From: Rhodanobacteraceae bacterium | Lineage (GTDB): Bacteria > Pseudomonadota > Gammaproteobacteria > Xanthomonadales > Ahniellaceae | Reading direction: 5' to 3' | DNA length: 64,000 nt | Assembly: GCA_016708465.1 (NCBI GenBank) | Contig: JADJFT010000001.1 | Location: 249,680-313,679, forward strand | Shown here: piece by piece, positions 61,294-64,000 of the stretch | How the letters are laid out: each line of letters opens with the position of its first letter | Position numbering within the stretch: position 1 is the stretch's first letter | The notes under the pieces: model-generated | Database searches by the model: none | What the model saw: the letters and a program-made list of their open reading frames with translations, nothing else | Told to the model about the DNA's origin: nothing | Program-made: the position numbers and the translations under genes

Positions 61294-61962
61294 ATGTTTT
61301 GGACTTCGGGAGTAGAGCGCGTGTGGGAGCTTTTGGTTGCGGGCGGCAAGGCGATGATTCCGATCGGAATCGCGGCGGTTTTGACTCTGGGCATCGTGTT
61401 GGAACGGTTCTGGTCGTTGCGCCGCAAGGAGATTCTGCCGCCGAATTTGCCGGGCGAAGTCCGCAATTGGGCGCAGCATCGCCGTTTGGATGACGAACAT
61501 CTGAAGGCGTTGGCCGACACCTCTCCCTTGGGTAGCGTGTTTGCAGCGGCGCTGCGTGCGCGCCATCTTGGCCGCGAAGCAATCAAGGAACGTGTCGAAG
61601 ACGCCGGCCGGCATGTCATGCACGACATGGAGAAATTCCTCAACACACTCGGCACGATCGCGCTGATCTCACCACTGCTTGGTCTGCTCGGCACGGTGAT
61701 CGGCTTGATTCGCATGTTTCTCGCCATCCTCAATTCGGGCATCGGCGACGCCAACCAGATGGCCGGCGGTATTGGCGAGGCACTGGTCTGCACCGCTGCG
61801 GGTTTGTGCGTCGCGATTCCGGCCTATGTCTTCCATCGCCATCTGCGCGCAAAGGTCGCCGGACTCGGCATCGAACTGGAGAAAGAAGTAGTTGCGCTGA
61901 TCGACGTGATCGAAGCCGAGATTCCGGTGCAGGTCGCAGCAGCGCGGAGAGCCGCGAAGTGA
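61294..61962 (+). CDS. exbB: MotA/TolQ/ExbB-family proton channel.
   Basis: ATG 61294. ...LGTIALISPLLGLLGTVIGLIRMF...GIGEALVCTAAGLCVAIPAY. The upstream part of ORF 60859-61962 overlaps comEC and is rejected. Confidence 0.9.
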   Translation: MFWTSGVERVWELLVAGGKAMIPIGIAAVLTLGIVLERFWSLRRKEILPPNLPGEVRNWAQHRRLDDEHLKALADTSPLGSVFAAALRARHLGREAIKERVEDAGRHVMHDMEKFLNTLGTIALISPLLGLLGTVIGLIRMFLAILNSGIGDANQMAGGIGEALVCTAAGLCVAIPAYVFHRHLRAKVAGLGIELEKEVVALIDVIEAEIPVQVAAARRAAK

Positions 61963-62390
61963 GAATCGCACGGTCCGCATCGGCCAACGATGAGTTCGAG
62001 ATCAATGTGATCTCGCTGATCGACGTGATGCTGACGCTGCTGATGTTCTTCGTGATGACCGCGACCTTCGAGCATCGTTCGCTGATGAAGGTGACACTGC
62101 CGGAAGCGGGAAGTAAGGAGACGACTGCGGCGCAGAAGTCGTTGGAAATCCTGGTTGATCGTGACGGCCGTTTCTTTATCGGCGCCAACGAAGTGATCAA
62201 CCCGGGTTTGGCCACGCTGAAGGATGCGATCGTGGAGGAAGCTGGCGACGACCGCGAACGCCCGGTCACGCTGCGCGCCGATGGCCGCACGCCACATCAG
62301 GCTGTCGTGACGGCAATGGACGCCCTCGGGCAACTGGGTTTCGCGCGTCTGTCGATCGCGACCATGCCGGCGCAAGCCGATGCCAAATAA
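61959..62390 (+). CDS. exbD: ExbD/TolR-family biopolymer transport protein.
   Basis: GTG 61959 overlaps the exbB stop (GTGA). EINVISLIDVMLTLLMFFVMTATF... Confidence 0.85.
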   Translation: MRIARSASANDEFEINVISLIDVMLTLLMFFVMTATFEHRSLMKVTLPEAGSKETTAAQKSLEILVDRDGRFFIGANEVINPGLATLKDAIVEEAGDDRERPVTLRADGRTPHQAVVTAMDALGQLGFARLSIATMPAQADAK

Positions 62391-62393
62391 GTC

Positions 62394-64000
62394 ATGGACC
62401 CCGCCGTCACGCCTGCGCGTCTGAGCACCGCGGCGCTTTATCGCCGCCTGCTCACGTTCTCTAAGGGGTATTGGCCGATCGCGTTGGTGGCGCTGATCGG
62501 CATGTTGTTCGAAGCCGCTGCCGCAGGTGCATTCACTTGGCTAATGCGACCGCTGATTGACGGCACCTTTGTGAACCATGACCTCAAGGTCGTGCGTTGG
62601 CTGCCGGGCGTCATCATCGCGATCTTCTTTATCCGCGGCGTGGCGACCTTTACCGCCGATGTCGCAATGGCACGCATCGGCCGCGGCGTAGTTCGTGACA
62701 TGCGCGATCACCTGATCGAGAAGTCACTACGCATGCCGTCCAGTTGGTTCGATCGCGAAGCTCCGGCAGCGCAGATTTCGCGCCTCACCTACAACACCGA
62801 ACAGCTCGCCTACGCCGCGGCAGAAGCGGTGAAGATCGTGTTGACGGATTCCTTGACGATCTTGTTTCTGCTCGGCGTGATGTTCGCGAACAGCGTCAAG
62901 CTGACGCTGACGATGTTCTTCATGGTGCCGCTGATCGCACTGATCGTTGCCACGGTCGGCAAACGATACCGCCGCATCAACACCACGCTGCAGGATGCGT
63001 TCGCACAATTCTCGCACCGTGCCGAACAGGCGCTGGCTGGGCAGGAGGCGATCAAGATCTATGGGGCGCAGCCGGTCGAGCGCGCACGCATCGCCGAACT
63101 GGCGCAGCGCAACTATCGACTCAATCTCAAAGTCATCGCCACGCAAGCGATGAGTTCGTCGTTGGTGCAATTGTTAGCCGCGTGTGCTTTGGCCGCCATC
63201 GTCTACGTCGCTGGCCGCGAAGCAGTGCGCGACGGCATGACCGCCGGAAGCTTCATGGCTTTGATCAGCGCGATGATGGCGATGTTGCCGTCGCTGAAGA
63301 AAATCACCAACGTGCAAAGCATGATCCAGCGCGGCATCGTGGCAGCCGAATCGGTGTTTGCCGTGCTTGACGCTGACGCTGAGGCCGACCACGGAACGCA
63401 ATGCATTGCGCGTGCGCGCGGCGAACTGGCGTTCACCCAGATCGCATTTGCCTATCCGGGTAGCAAGAGCCGTGCGCTAGACGACGTCAGTTTCCGTGTC
63501 GAACCGGGCACAACCACGGCCATCGTCGGTCGTTCCGGTAGCGGCAAGAGCACGCTCGCAAAATTGTTGCCGCGTTTCTACGAAGCGCAGAGTGGGCAGA
63601 TTTTTCTGGATGGCGTTGCGCTTACCGATTATCGACTCGCTGATTTGCGCCGGCAGATCGCCGTGGTCAGCCAGAACGTCGTGTTGTTTGACGACAGCAT
63701 CGCCGCAAACATCGCGTTTGGGGCACTGGCGGGTGCCAGCCGCGAAGACATCATCGCTGCGGCGCGTGCCGCAAACGCACTCGAATTCATCGATAAGCTG
63801 CCACAAGGCTTCGATACCCGCATTGGCGACCGTGGCGTGCTGCTTTCCGGTGGGCAGCGCCAACGCATCGCGATTGCGCGGGCGATCCTGAAGAACGCGC
63901 CAATCCTGATTCTGGACGAAGCCACGTCAGCCCTCGATTCTGAAAGCGAACGTCTGATCCAGGAAGCGCTTGACCGGATCCTTGCCGAGCGCACTGCGAT
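62394..64000 (+). CDS. msbA: Lipid A export ABC transporter MsbA (3' end outside the window).
   Basis: Not in the ORF track because no stop codon falls inside the window. My own translation from ATG 62394 is open to nt 64000: MDPAVTPARLSTAALYRRLLTFSKGYWP..., Walker A GRSGSGKST, signature LSGGQRQRIAIARA, Walker B ILILDEATSALD. Confidence 0.95.
   Translation, partial: MDPAVTPARLSTAALYRRLLTFSKGYWPIALVALIGMLFEAAAAGAFTWLMRPLIDGTFVNHDLKVVRWLPGVIIAIFFIRGVATFTADVAMARIGRGVVRDMRDHLIEKSLRMPSSWFDREAPAAQISRLTYNTEQLAYAAAEAVKIVLTDSLTILFLLGVMFANSVKLTLTMFFMVPLIALIVATVGKRYRRINTTLQDAFAQFSHRAEQALAGQEAIKIYGAQPVERARIAELAQRNYRLNLKVIATQAMSSSLVQLLAACALAAIVYVAGREAVRDGMTAGSFMALISAMMAMLPSLKKITNVQSMIQRGIVAAESVFAVLDADAEADHGTQCIARARGELAFTQIAFAYPGSKSRALDDVSFRVEPGTTTAIVGRSGSGKSTLAKLLPRFYEAQSGQIFLDGVALTDYRLADLRRQIAVVSQNVVLFDDSIAANIAFGALAGASREDIIAAARAANALEFIDKLPQGFDTRIGDRGVLLSGGQRQRIAIARAILKNAPILILDEATSALDSESERLIQEALDRILAERTA

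Noticed and set aside
1-64000. CRISPR arrays, tRNA/rRNA genes, IS elements, integrases and prophage genes.
   Set aside because: All intergenic spacers are at most about 320 nt. None shows repeat-spacer periodicity or cloverleaf potential that I could see. No transposase- or integrase-like translation appears in any frame. This was a visual scan only, without covariance-model searches.

Overview
High-GC (roughly 60%) gammaproteobacterial chromosome segment. Gene content and order (lolCE-lolD-comEC-exbBD-msbA, divergent ppsA/ppsR, sdhCDAB-sdhE-ygfX, DUF349, DUF4124) look Xanthomonadales/Nevskiales-like; this is inference only. I support about 60 tightly packed protein-coding genes, mostly core metabolism and envelope functions. 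I saw no rRNA, tRNA, CRISPR array, transposase or integrase. Most interesting locus: an intact, translationally coupled four-gene operon on the minus strand (5730-10701). It encodes a PspA/IM30 (ESCRT-III superfamily) protein, a classical-clade AAA+ ATPase, a 2-TM coiled-coil protein, and a TM/periplasmic-binding-fold/OmpA peptidoglycan anchor. No pspF/B/C is present, so I read it as a candidate bacterial ESCRT-III/Vps4-like envelope module. Second main observation: about 15 otherwise recognisable genes are interrupted, mostly by 1-nt indels in short homopolymers. Affected genes include icmF, crotonase, deaD, dcp, acetyl-CoA hydrolase family, amidase, fumarase, DUF349, APC permease, ppsA, DUF1249, sdhA, lolCE and comEC. 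In addition, sdhB has lost about 270 nt encoding its Fe-S cysteine clusters, and the DUF1249 gene has a TGG-to-TAG change. Since essential genes are hit, assembly or sequencing error is the leading explanation, but the sdhB deletion and the nonsense codon are not homopolymer-type errors. Other notable items: a small low-GC VapBC toxin-antitoxin islet with decayed neighbours; a GGDEF gene remnant; a GT2 plus HD-like fusion protein overlapping the ppsA stop codon; a 51-aa SDHAF4-like (DUF1674) ORF missing from the ORF track; and an Mpo1/DUF962-like gene inserted between sdhA and sdhB. Many long ORFs in the six-frame track are antisense shadows of real genes and are rejected.
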